Source: Callorhinchus milii | Taxonomy: Eukaryota | Direction of reading: 5' to 3' | Assembly: GCF_018977255.1 (NCBI RefSeq) | Contig: NW_024704743.1 | Location: forward strand, 96,474,001 to 96,538,000 | Length of the DNA stretch: 64,000 nucleotides | Shown here: positions 1-12,193 of the stretch, one piece after another | How the letters are laid out: every line of letters starts with the position of its first letter | How positions within the stretch are numbered: the stretch's first letter is position 1 | Made by a program: the position numbers and the translations under genes | The notes under the pieces: generated by a model | What the model was told of the DNA's origin: nothing | Databases searched by the model: none | Seen by the model: only the letters and a program-made list of their open reading frames with translations

Positions 1-587
1 TGAAATTTGCAAATGGGCTAATTGTGGATTAAAGTTAGTGTACTTTTGCAGTCAGCCATTTTGTGAATCTCGCAAACAGCTTCAGCTATTTGCAATTAAT
101 GCAACAAAATCAGTTTCCAAATATAACTAAAAGTCCCAATGCAAGTAGGTTATTCTGATGTAAACAAGAGTAAAATTAGAAGGCACAGAGGTTGAAGATT
201 AAAGAGTGCCAACCAGGGTTAGAGACTGAAAACTAGCTAACACTGAGCTGATTACTTTTTAAAAAATGGCTAAGTATCTGCTTGCAGATATAGGGCGAGG
301 TGTGGACTAAAATGAATGAATAATTCTCACCACAAATTGAATGCTATGCTGTTGGTGCTGGGGAATACTTTCTGAAGGAAAGAGTTTGAGATGTGGTGAG
401 GGGCCGAAATGTGTGAGTGGCCGAGATATGAGATCGATGAATATTAACAGTTTTTGCTCAACTGTCTCTGGGGTTCTGAGAATATCTATTTATATTCTGT
501 AATACTTTGCTCCAGGAGATGAAGTGATGGAGCTGATGATAGAGTAGGGGCTTATGTTATGAGGAGCAACCAAATGGCCTTTTCTCG

Positions 588-985
588 CTCAACTCCACTG
601 GCTTCCTATCACGCAGAAGATACAGCAGTTCAAGATCCTGGTTCTCACCTTCAAAGCCCTCCAAGGCCTTGTTTCCCCCCCCTTACCTCTGCGACCTCCT
701 AAGCCCCTACCAACCTTCCCGCTCCCTCCGCTCAGCAAGCTTCGGCCTGTTTCACGAATCCCACCTGCCGCACCATTGGTGGGTGGGCCTTCAGCCACTC
801 TGCCCCCACCCTCTGGAACTCCACCCCGCAGTCTCTCCCACCTCACCCCCTTCCTTGCCTCCTTCAAGACCCATCTCAAGACCTCCTCTTCGACCGTGCC
901 TTCGATCACCCTCCTTCCCAGTGCCTCGGGACGCCCTCCTGACGTGAAAGGCACTATATAAATGTAATTTTGTTGTTGTCGTTGA
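588..985 (+). mobile_element. L2 LINE 3' fragment
   Basis: LHWLP-coding start, LWN/FKTHLKT region, tail gggacgccctcctgacgtgaaaggcactatataaatg(TTG)n. Confidence 0.85.
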
Positions 986-1392
986 TGCTTTGCAGTTATA
1001 TAAGTGTTCAAATTGTACAGAATTTATCAATCTAGAAAAAACTGTACATTCCTCAGAAAGATTAAAGCTGTGAGATTTCCACACAAACATGTATCAACTA
1101 GATAGCTAGATAGCCAATCACTGACAAGCATTTTCACGGTTCAAAAATAATGAACAATTATTGTTTCACTGAAAGATAAAGTTGTAGCGCTGGCATATTA
1201 GTGGGTTTAATTATTAACTAAAATATTTGTAGCACAAGCAATGGTAACAACTGCAAAAATCAAAGGACTTTTTGTTAAATACTGTATCCAAATCCTTTAG
1301 AAGCATCAATTAACTATGAATTATTATTCAGTATCATTTGAGAAATAAGTAAGCCAACAATCACAATAAAGACTGAACATATCATTCTAGCA

Positions 1393-1680
1393 AAAACAAC
1401 AACAAAATTACATTTGTATAGCTCCTTCCACGTCGGGAGGACATCCCAAGGAGCTGGACAGGCAGTGTTTTGGACCCGAGCTGGGGGTTGGGATTGGGGA
1501 GGGTGGGGGGGGGAAGCAGGGTGATCGAAAGCACGGTAGGAGGGTTTGAGATGGGTCTTGAAGGAGGCAAGGGAAGGGTCAAGGCGAAGGGACTATGGGA
1601 TGGACTTCCAGAGGGTGCAGGTAGAGTGGCAGAAGGCCCGCCCGCCAATGGTGAGGCAGGCGGGGGACGTGAAGCAGGAT
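1393..1680 (-). mobile_element. L2 LINE 3' fragment
   Basis: Reverse complement of the same L2 3' end and tail. Confidence 0.82.
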
Positions 1681-4059
1681 GAATACATATATATATATAA
1701 ATAAAAACATAAATGAGCTCAGTCTCATTTATGATCATCTAATTTGTGATAATACAGTTGGTGTTAAGTATTTCCCCAAAGGGATGCCTGATTTTTGTGC
1801 ATTCTAATCACAAATTTTGCAGTGGCATTGGCAGAGGCCTGGGAGAACGCTGCTCACCCATCGTCTCAAACTGATTACATCATTGAGGAGACAGAGGCAA
1901 GTTAACAAAGGAAGAAAACAGGAAAGATGAAGTTGTATCCTTTGCTTCCCCTCCCAAAACATGCACAGCAGACACAACTCAGTCATTAAAGTAAGAGGTG
2001 ATGGTGAGAATGAATGCACGTGTAAAAAAAAAGCTATCAAAATTGAACTGGTTTTACAGTTATTCTGAATTGAGATTTGGCCTTTATGGTAACACTTCTT
2101 CAGTTGTTTGATCTCTCTAATGGCAATCAGATGACTATTCACCATAATTTTGGATAGTAAGTCAGCCAGATCTAGACATAAAATACTAGGAAACCTCAGT
2201 CCAAGGAAGAAATTAGAAACTTTCAATAATTTCCTTCCAGCTACACATTCAATCCCCAGGCCTCTGACAACACTTCAGATTTTCTTCCGATTTAAACATA
2301 GCTATTGTATATAAAAAAATTGTCATATTGAGTGGTACGACATTCCATTGGCTAAATATAGCAATATTTCCATTACTTGCAGGATCGAAAGACTTTCAAA
2401 TGATTTTTAAAAATCTTTGTGCATGGATGGGACTGGGACCACAGTTCTAAAGAGATTAAACTTGACGTGTTACAGATAGTGATCCAATTTAAGAGCTGTA
2501 AAAGAATTTGCCGAGGAACAGTGCAACCTTTTTATTTTATATTGAATGCAAAAATACAGCCTCAATACATTTAAGGAATTTAATTTCAATTGAAAACACT
2601 CACATTAACAAAACTAGTGGTATATATACTATTGCAGAAATTGAGAAAATTATTCTGTGTAATTTATATGACAGGTTACTTATACTGTAGGGATATTTGG
2701 TTCAGAGTTGCCTAGTCTAAACACAAAGTGCTTAAAGAAAATGTGTGTCAAGGTGTGCTGGACGGTCACAGTGACACTGGCAAAGACCTAGTAATACAGT
2801 GAATCATTTGCCAGTTTTCTTGATCCGAGACTGGTGCTACATAGACGTGAATGTGTTTCTCTAGATTTCAGAAGCTTGTAAAAGCACTGTAATCTTGAAA
2901 GTCTCTCAGAACATTAAATGAAAAATCTTCAAGATAATTTAATTATGGGCAGATTTGCTATTTAACTCATTTTAGGGAACAATACAACACTTTTACATCA
3001 CTTTAATTCCTTAACAAAATGTTCAATAGGGTATCATTGTTTACTCTACTTGAGAGTATACCTTGTGAAGCGCTTTGAGACGTCTCAACGACGTGATAAA
3101 GCGCTATATCAAATGCAAGGCATTTGATATAGTGCTTTTCACGTCTTCTGGACGTCCCAAATCGCTTCACAGAATATACTGTACAGTGAATTGACTGTAT
3201 ATTTGTGGGCGAACGCTGCAGCCAATTGCGCACAGCAATGTCCCACAAACAGTCGTAGATTGAAAATGACCAATTTATTATTGTTTTTTGTTTTGGAGGG
3301 ATTATTATTGTAGCATTTTGTAGTTGGATCTTGCTTTAAACACCAAATTCCTCTTTAATCTCTTAAAGAGATCTAAGCCAACACACAGAAGGTGGGAGAA
3401 AGAAAGAATGTAGTCTCTTGGTACATTCTCATACCTACTGGTAGATTATGTAATTCACTGACAGCAATTTATCTTCCAATTTGGTTCCTCAAGTTGATGA
3501 TGCAGGAATGATGCAGCAAGGTCAAACAAAAATGAGTGTATGGATACTCTGATGTTCTTAAATAATTCTATATTTTCTGAATCCTTCCATCGCTATTCAT
3601 GGTATTCCATTTGAATCTTAGCTCATAGGAACAATGTAGGAACATAGAAATTGCTAGCCAAAAAAAGACTAAGGGCCATCTAATTTGCCTTCTACCATCC
3701 TGGTAGTCGCTTGCTACAATAATAATGGAGATGTTGACTAATCATGGCAATCAATCTCTATTGATCAGTCTACAACTGACTCAGGCATGAGGTGAGGAAA
3801 ACCCGCAAGTGGTGGAAACTATAATAATTATAGTTGCATTTGATATAGCGCTTTATCACGTCTATGAGACATCTCAAAGCGCTTCACAGAATATACTGTA
3901 AAGTGAATTGACTATATTTTCTGGGCGAAACACAAAAGCCAATTGCACACAGCAGTATCCCACAAACAGTCGTGGATTGAAGTGACCAATTCATTATTAT
4001 TATTTTCTTGAAGGGATTATTACCCCCGGAAAAGCGATCCGCCAATTGACTAACAACCG

Positions 4060-5000
4060 GGTTCCTCGGGGCTCTGTCCTTGGTCCCCTCCTCTTCAATA
4101 TCTATATGCTACCTCTTGGTGACATCATCCGCAGACATAGGGTCAATTTCCACATGTATGCGGATGACACCCAACTCTATCTCTCTGCTTCCACCCTTGA
4201 CTCCAGGACCACTGCTGTCCTGACAGAATGTCTGTTGGATATCAAGTCCTGGATGAGAGCTAACTTTCTTCAGTTGAATGTCAATAAGACCGAGGCCCTC
4301 CTGATTGGCTCCCGTCAGTGTCTCCACACCTCAGACGCTAACCACATCACCATCCAAGGATGCACACTCCACCTTACTAAGCCAGTCCGGAACCTTGGCC
4401 TCTTGTTTGACCCTTAACTATCTTTTCTACACCACATCCGTGCCATGACCAACTCTGCCTTACCCCACTTCCGCAACATCGCTCGGATCCGCCACTATCT
4501 CGCACTGCAGGCCGCCGAAATCCTCATACATGCATCCATAACATCCAGTCTTGACTATGCAAACTCCCTGCTTGTCGGTCTCCCCAACTGCTCCCTCCAT
4601 AGGCTGCAGATCATCCAGAACTCTGCAGCCTGCATCCTCTTCCATATCAGGCTCTGTGATCTCATCACCCCCATCCTCGCCCGACTCCACTGGCTTCCCA
4701 TCACACAGAGGTCCAGTTCACGATCCTGGACCTCACTTTCAAAGCTCTCCACTGCCTTGCTCCCCCTATTCTGCGACCTCCTACCATCCTGCCCACTCCG
4801 TCCGCTCAGTGGGCTCCAGCCTACTTCATGTCCCCCTCCTCGCCCGACCGACCATTGGTGGACGAACCTTCAGTCATTCTGCCCCCACCTTTTAGAATTC
4901 CATCCCACAGACCCTCCGCTTAGCCCCCTCCCTCGGCTCCTTCAAGATCCATCTCAAGACCCTCCTCTTCAACCGTGCCTTCAATCACCCTCCTTCCCCC
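4060..5000 (+). mobile_element. L2 LINE RT/C-terminal fragment
   Basis: [20 protein letters not shown]...[11 protein letters not shown]...LNVNKTE...SSLDYANSLL...LHWLP. Confidence 0.92.
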
Positions 5001-5068
5001 CTTTTCCAACACTTTCTGCTTCCACTAAAACATTTTGTTGTCCGAGGACATTTAAGATTCATGGTATC

Positions 5069-5415
5069 AACAACAACAACAACAAGATTCCATTTATTGA
5101 GCGCCTTTCACGTCGGGAGGACGTCCCAAGGCGCTGTACAGTTGGGTCAGGACCCGAGCAAGGGGGAAATGGTCAGGGTGAGGGGAGGGAAGGGAGGGAG
5201 CGAGGAGGGGGTAGAGAGTCGAGAGGGGAGCTGAAGGCTCGGTCAAAGAGAAAGGTCTTGAGACCGGCCTTGAAGGAGGAAAGGGAGGAGGCGGCGAAGG
5301 CACTGGGGGATAGAGTTCCAGAGCCTCGGGGCTGAGAGGCTGAAGGCCCGGCCACCGATAGTAGGGCGGTTGGGGCGGGGGATGTGGAGCAGACCGGAGC
5401 CAGAGGAACGGTATG
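5069..5415 (-). mobile_element. Young L2 subfamily 3' fragment (near-identical 3'UTR copies at 19365-19531, 25090-25270, 57260-57508, 63838-63948)
   Basis: Shared 3'UTR CAGCTCCCCTCTCGACTCTCTAC...GCTCGGGTCCYGACCCAAC...GCGCCTTGGGACGTCCTCCCGACGTGAAAGGCGC plus (TTG)n. Confidence 0.88.
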
Positions 5416-7258
5416 CAAGCTGTACTTGCATATTTTTTCCAGCACATTGTATATTAAGAGCAGTATATAATCCTTAAAGTGCAATCTTTCATTGAATTTG
5501 TTTCTGATGTGCATTAGTTGATTCTACATAAAAGTGCATGGAAGAACCTCAAGCTTGACTATTTTCTGGAGTTCTGTACTATGGATTTCAAGAACTTTGA
5601 ATTTGTAGATACAGATGAAAAAATACATGGAATGGATAAAACAGTGAAAATGTTGCCAAAATGCGGGAGAAAATTGACACAAAATTTAGAGGAGGGTACA
5701 GAATTAAAGAGTTGTTTGGACTTTAAGTGCATCCAGTGTTACCCAGCAACATGCAAAATTGGGCAGGTATATACAAATCTTTGTAATTGTGAATATTACA
5801 TTAGCGCTGTACACAGGTGTTTAGCAAATTGGGTGGGGTGGGGTAAAGAGGGAGAGGAAAGAGACATACAAGCAAAAGTTCTTCAAAGTCAACGCAGTGC
5901 TAACTATTAAAGTTAAACTCCTGTACACATCGATACTCGTCCAAAATAATGACTCAGTTTGAACAGAAAGGTATTATGGAGTTACAAAACTTTCCTGCAA
6001 TAGTACAAAATGTACCAACAACTTCTCTTTGCAGACAAAGGTTAATAATAGATAAGCACGAGTGTAACTTAAAACAGTCTAAATCAAGACCAAGTCCTTG
6101 TAATCTGAATGGCAACCTGTTGCTAGGCAACTTGGCAATTTTGAGATGACGTTAAACGTGGACAATCTGCTGTTCTTTTGGAGAGTTGAACAATTGTTCA
6201 AATAATTTTTTAGACAATTAATTGCTCTTAAAAAAGGTCTTAACCTTAATCAAATAAGTGTTCCATTAGTCTTTCCAAATCCCAATTCTATAGGTTAATA
6301 TTTAACTTTACACTTGCATATTATTTCAACACTGAATGATCACAATACTGAAAGGTCAAATATTCTCAGCAACAAATGGATAAAGCAAAATAAAAACAGA
6401 ATTAAGAGTCTTAATATGAAGTATTCTGCAGCAGTGTCCCGTTTATATAAAATGACTCACGTGTGTTTGTATAAATAATGGGATTAATCTTAAATATAAA
6501 TTGTACAATTTGTTCAAATAAGCCAGTTGTCCAGTAAATTATATAAAAAACAATGTATTTTTATTGATTTAAAGAATGTTTAACTAGTCTTTGTTGGATT
6601 ATTTGAGAAGGGAGAGGGGGAAACCAGTGGCTCCTCACCTTTTCCATTTCCCCCATCCCTGAACGCACTGGCTCACGTGCTTCGATAAGTTCTGTGTGCA
6701 GTAACCTCCTTTGAGGACTGAATCAAATGGCCAAAATGTCTCTTTACCCGAGAGTGAGCGTTAAAAATCTGTTTGCCCATGAAGTTATCACAACTGAGCT
6801 AATTCCTGTATTTATTTATTTAATATCCACAGACAACAACTCAGATTTATATATCGGACGCCGGACGCTTTGTAAACAGTAGTTTACAGCATGGAATTTC
6901 AACAGTAATCAGGTGTGGAAGTGACAGCCAATTTTTCTGCAATCCAACAAAGGGATCTAGTCACCCTCTCATCACCCAGGTGAGACCTTCTAATTCAAGT
7001 AGAGATTAGGAATCAAACCTGGTATCTTTCTAGTCTGTATGGCTCAGTTTCAAGATAGACGTCACAATTTACCAATGGAGCCACTTTTTAACAATCTACC
7101 TAATGCTATTTTACTCAATTTGTTCCGAATAATAATAATCCTTGATATTTGATATAGCGCCTTATCACGTCTTCGAGAAATTTCAAATTATAGTAATTAT
7201 AAATCCTCGAATTATAGTAATAAAGTAATTTGTTACTTCCTGCATATACTTCTGCGTA

Positions 7259-7561
7259 GGAGTCCTTTAGCTCAGTGGTTAGAGCACTCGCCCTACAAGC
7301 GAGAGACCTGGGTTCGATTCCCAGCAGGGCGAAACCTTGGGCAAGTTTTCTTACTCCACACGCCTGATAATAATCACGAGAGAAAAAAATAAATAAAATT
7401 GGCTACTTCAATCCACGACTTTTTTGGGCCACTGCTGTGCGCAATTGGCTGATGCGTTTCGCCCACAAACAGTCAATTAACTTAACAATATATTCTGTGA
7501 AGTGCTTTGAGACATCTAGAAGAGATGAAAAGCGCTATATCAAATGCAAAGATTATTATAT
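7259..7561 (+). mobile_element. tRNA-headed SINE, short form, older tail type
   Basis: Same architecture; anticodon loop CCTACAA; tail gagacatctagaagagatg. Confidence 0.88.
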
Positions 7562-8399
7562 ACACAGTGTATGATGGGAGGTCTAGTTATAAATTTGTAG
7601 AGTATATTGTAAGAGGATGACATATTCAAGATGGCCATTTTGACATTACTTACTGTGCAATGTACACCACACAGTGAAATCAAGACGGCCATACTTCCTC
7701 TGTGCACAATTAGAGAACTTTAAAACAACAACAACAAAATTACATTTATAGAGCGCATTTCACGTCAGGAGGACGTCCCAAAGCTCTGAACAGTCAGGTG
7801 GGGGTTGGTGTAGGCGTGAGGGTTTGAGAGGTTAGACAGCAGGTGAGTTTATAAAATTCTAAATGCAAGAACGTCATGGAATTCTTGTGAGCAAATCCCA
7901 CAAATTCTACCCGGTTGCATCTTCCGCCAGCTCTTTTCCCTCCCACCACCCCCCTACGCCCTACGTTGTAAACTTTTGCCCCCATATCTCCTTCATCCAC
8001 CTGCACCCGCAGCACCAATATGAAACATACCACCTGCTCCCTCCACCCTTCCCCATCTAGCTGCTGACCACCCAATCGTGCCCTCTCTGTCCCCTGATGG
8101 TGGACACAGTTATCTTCTCCCTCTCTTCCATCGCTGTTTCCCCTCCCCTTCAAGCTTAAAGACAAACAAACTGTTCATTTATCAAGCTACTAAAGATTGA
8201 AGGTGCAGCTTACACGCAATATCAAATAACCACATTTACTTTACAAATTGTTGCATATTGTTGAAGGTCATACAAAAGGTCAGTTTTGTCTTTGTAAACA
8301 ATAAATTTAGTTCAATAGATTTATGCATATTTACTACATCATATTCCAAATATTGTGAGGTATACAATAAGCATATGTAAAACTTACTCAGTTTCTTAC

Positions 8400-8882
8400 C
8401 CAAACACCAATGTGCCATCCTTTTTGATCCCAAACTGTGCATTTTGTATTCCTTTTCCATTTTGCACCAGATTTCCATTGCTTACAATATTACCCAAGCA
8501 TCGTCCTGTGTTCATTTGAAAGAATCCACCATTTTGAGCCACCAGACACTTCTTGAGATTGTCTGTTTCTTGTACAGTTGCTGTATAAAACCGACTGCAT
8601 CCTCCTGGTTTTAGGGGCTCTAATACAGAGACAGTTCTCAATGGATTACTAACAACAGTAAAATGACCATAAACTGCTTTAGGTTTTCCTTCATCAGTAG
8701 GAAACTTGGAAACAAACACAGTAGTTGAAACTATAGGAAGGTCCGTGGATTTATCAGCAGGCCAAGTTTCATGCGTCACATTTCCATACGTTACAGGTTG
8801 GCAATCTCTGACATATCTGTGATTATGATGAGAACCATGTTCTGAAGGATGGTAAGGAAGCAATAAATCATATAACGAAGTC
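8400..8882 (-). CDS. NAGPA: NAGPA coding exon 2 (N-acetylglucosamine-1-phosphodiester alpha-N-acetylglucosaminidase, uncovering enzyme)
   Basis: Translation TSLYDLLLPY...YVRDCQPV...NPLRTVSVLEPLKPGGC...CLVAQNGGFFQMNTGRCLGNIVSNG...NAQFGIKKDGTLVFG is recognisable NAGPA; acceptor ttttttatag, donor GG|gtaaga; 483 nt, phase 2/2. Exon 3 not found in 1-8399. Confidence 0.95.
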
Positions 8883-11301
8883 CTATAAAAAAAGCACATA
8901 GATAATTAAATGCACAAAATTATACAAAATGTCAAAAACAGTCTTAAAGTGCAGTACGTGCAATGAAACGTATGTTAATTTCAATGTGTGTAAGCTATTT
9001 GATACATAATGGGTCTAAAGTTCTATCGATAATAATTACTGATGATACTAGTTATTGGGGGCCTAGTTTCAATTGTTTCAAGGGAAGCTATTATAGCCAC
9101 CAATATTTGTCTAGGTTAATATTTAAATCAGTGCTGAAATATTTAATGCTAATAGGAATTATAATATAGAAACAACTAAGGCTACTCTTTTGCTGTATTT
9201 CATGAACCAAGATTCATTTAACACACATAGCTAACACAGTGCTATTCCACAATAACAGCTCAAGTCAACATGGCCGAGAATTTGATCTGCACTGAAACTG
9301 GACAACCCATGAATAAACATTCATGACCAATATATACAATACTACTACTAATAATCCTTATGTTGGTATGGAGCCTTTCACATTAGAAATACATCCCAAA
9401 GCGCTTCACAGGATATAATGTTAAGTGCAATGACTGTGTTTTGTGGACGAACACGGCAGCCAGTTTGCACACAGCAATATTCCACAAACAGCCCTCAACT
9501 GAATGACCTATTTTATTTGGGGGTTTGCTGGCAAGCACACCGGGAGAAACTCTAAAGTTTCAAAAGTAACCATATCTTCTAATTTATGGATCACTGGAAC
9601 CATGCTGCACCCTGGTGGACAAATAAGATGAAAAGAAAGTTCATCTCCATGTGCAATAAAATTAAAATCATTCAGTGTGCAAATTGCCTCACAATCATGA
9701 ACTTGGACAAGAAAAAATGATGGAAGCACAAATTGAATTGATAATATGAGTTAGATGACACCAACTGCAAATTTTGTGACAACTGAACAGAAAGAATTAT
9801 ATTGAATAAAGTTCATGGCATCTGAAATTTTAAATAAAATGTGTGAATTATCCTGTAATTCAAATTTGGTATAACATTCTACTAGTGGCAATACAAAAGG
9901 ATTAAGGACCCTTTTGTAATCTTCATGGAACATCTAAACTTGCCTTACTTTTTTAGGGGTCAGCCGGGTGTCTGACACATGCAGAAACTCATCACTATGC
10001 TTAAGATTATCCAATCCAAACTGAGAATTCAATGCATCCCACCTATACATGGAAATTCCAGAGATAAACTGTTGGAATGCAATGTGCACTCTCTCCCTGG
10101 AAGGACGCATCCTGCTTACCTAATTCCAGAAAGTATTAGGCGCAGGTTGGCAGAAGCCAAGGCTTAGGAATCAGAGTGTGTGTTCAGGTACTGCTGGAGT
10201 CTAACCACTAAAACCGCACAGCTTGATATTGGTAGCGTGTCTGACAACTTTTAGAGCCACTTGTCCAGCTAGGATCACCCTATCCGTTAGGGTGTTGGCT
10301 TGCAGGGTTAAGAGGAACTAAGTGGGAGGATTCCCCACCCCCAGTGACTGGCCTGCCCTTCTAGGTCCTGCTGATGAGCCAGGCTGGCTGTGCTTTCATC
10401 AACAGTGCCCTTGGTATACTGCGGACCCCTTGGCTCCGGAACTGCACTACCAAGACTGCCAGAGAGGGTTGGCTCAATTCCGACAATCCATTGCCAAACA
10501 TGTTACCTTGGAGCCTGTTCAACTCCTTAGCTCCCCCCCAAGGAGTATAGTCACAGTTGGTGGTTTGACATCTGACCAGCACAGGTTTGAGCCCTCACTA
10601 AGTCGATGATAGGTACCGGGAACTCCCAGCGAGCTTCCCGGTGGGCAACACATCTCAGCATAAAATGCGTGAGAGCATTGCCATCATCTGCCTGTCCAGA
10701 GCCCGGGCACACGTCCCTTCCCATTGAGTGATGGTTCCAGCAGTTGAAGGTGTGGAGTTTAAGCAACAGCTGCTTACCTCTCTGCAAGCCAATCACGGAG
10801 GATCCCAGGAGGATTATGGCTATTATTACCGGATGACAAACCAGTAAAAATAACAATAATCCTTGCATCTGATGTAGTGCCTTATCACCCCTTTGAGACC
10901 TCTCAAAGCGGTCAAACGGGGGTATATACTGTAAAGTGAATTGACTATATTTTGCGGGCGAAACAAGTCATAAATCCTATCAGCCCTACACTAAAGATCC
11001 CTCGACACCGAGAGAGAAAGATGTCCGGGCAAAACAATCCACCAGAGGCTAACCGGTTATTCAGCTCACAGCCCTGAAACCGTGTCCTCGGTCAGGTGTC
11101 TGCTCCAACACACAGTGCAGACAAGTGTCAGGGGGAGGAGATGCCCAGGATCTGTGCGGACACACAGTGGGGAGGCGTAAAGGGGAACAGATACCAGGGA
11201 TCCGCACTGACACAACAACAACAACAACCTACATTTTGTACAGCATCTCGCAAGTAGCTGCACGGTCAGGGATGAGGACCGGAGCAGCGGGTTGGGATCA
11301 G

Positions 11302-11650
11302 GAGGGGTGGGGGGTGGGGAGGGTGGGAGGTAGAGGGTGGGGGCGGGAGGGTGGGGAGGGTGGGGGTAGAGGGTGGGGGGCGGGGAGGGTGAGGGGTAGA
11401 GGGTGGGGGGCGGGAGGGGTGGGGGGTAGGGGTGGGGGGTAGAGGGTGGGGGGGGGGAGGGTGGGGGCGGGAGGGTGGGGGGTAGAGGGTGGGGGGCGGG
11501 GAGGGTGGGGGTGGGGGGGGGGGGGGGGAGGGTGGGGGGGGGGGGGGGGTGGGGGGAGGGTGGGGGGGAGGGTGGGGGGCGGGGAGGGTGAGGGGTAGGA
11601 GGGTGGGATGTAGGAGGGTGACACATGTTGTGGGGGGAGGGAGGGAGGTG
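11302..11650 (+). repeat. G-rich minisatellite / G-quadruplex-prone tract in NAGPA intron 1
   Basis: Degenerate units GGGGGTAGAGGGTGGGGG(C)GGGAGGGT and long G homopolymers. Confidence 0.9.
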
Positions 11651-11755
11651 TGAGGATGATACACGCACTGACATGTTGGGGTGGGAGGTGTGAGGGGGAA
11701 ACAGATTCGCGGTCTCCGCGCTGACACTCGGTGGGGAGGGAGTGGGGGCACTTAC

Positions 11756-11847
11756 CCTCCGGCCGCCGCGTGGCTGCTGATCAGACTGAGCGCCAGGAGG
11801 AGCGCGGGGCCGCCGCGAGGCGAGCGCGGGCCGCCTCCAACCGCCAT
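11756..11847 (-). CDS. NAGPA: NAGPA coding exon 1 (signal peptide)
   Basis: ATG at 11847 in aggATGG context; reads MAVGGGPRSPRGGPALLLALSLISSHAAAGG (hydrophobic signal-peptide-like); donor GG|gtaagtg at 11755; 92 nt, phase 2, joins in frame to the exon at 8882. Confidence 0.85.
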
Positions 11848-12193
11848 CCTCGCGCAGCGGCGCCGGCACGTGACACCCACTAACGGTCACCCGGAACAGC
11901 AACTTCAACGCACACACACACACCCACGCGCGCGCGCGCGCGGCTCGACTCGACTCACGGCCGTTTCGCTGGAAAAGCGCGCGCGCCACTGCGCGCCGAC
12001 CCGCCGCCTCTGTGTGTCTGGGAGTCAAATTAAGCGATGCCAACAGCCTTTTGGGCTCAAGCGAGGAGCGGCTCCGATTAGTGCCCGGAACGAGTGAGAG
12101 AGGGAGTGAGCGCGCGCGGAGGAGGGAAGGAGGGAGGGAGGGTGAGGGGGAGCGTGTTGTCGGTTGCGCTTCCGGCTCAGTGAGTCTGGGCAT

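Noticed and set aside
1000..1075. Minus-strand NLSEECTV as NAGPA exon 3 (expected YLSEEEVL...GVVWL)
   Set aside because: Only LSEE matches; there is no GVVWL/ETQET and the frame runs into an L2; exon 3 probably lies left of the window
5518..6149. 130-aa and 66-aa plus-strand ORFs
   Set aside because: No recognisable domain, no clear splice structure, antisense within a NAGPA intron
10322..10868. RTE-like LINE relic or coding exon
   Set aside because: Similarity by eye was too weak to support a call; left as unexplained sequence
11066..12193. 375-aa proline-rich ORF and overlapping Pro/Gly-rich ORFs
   Set aside because: Produced by the G-rich tract and CpG island; the real NAGPA exon 1 is in another frame
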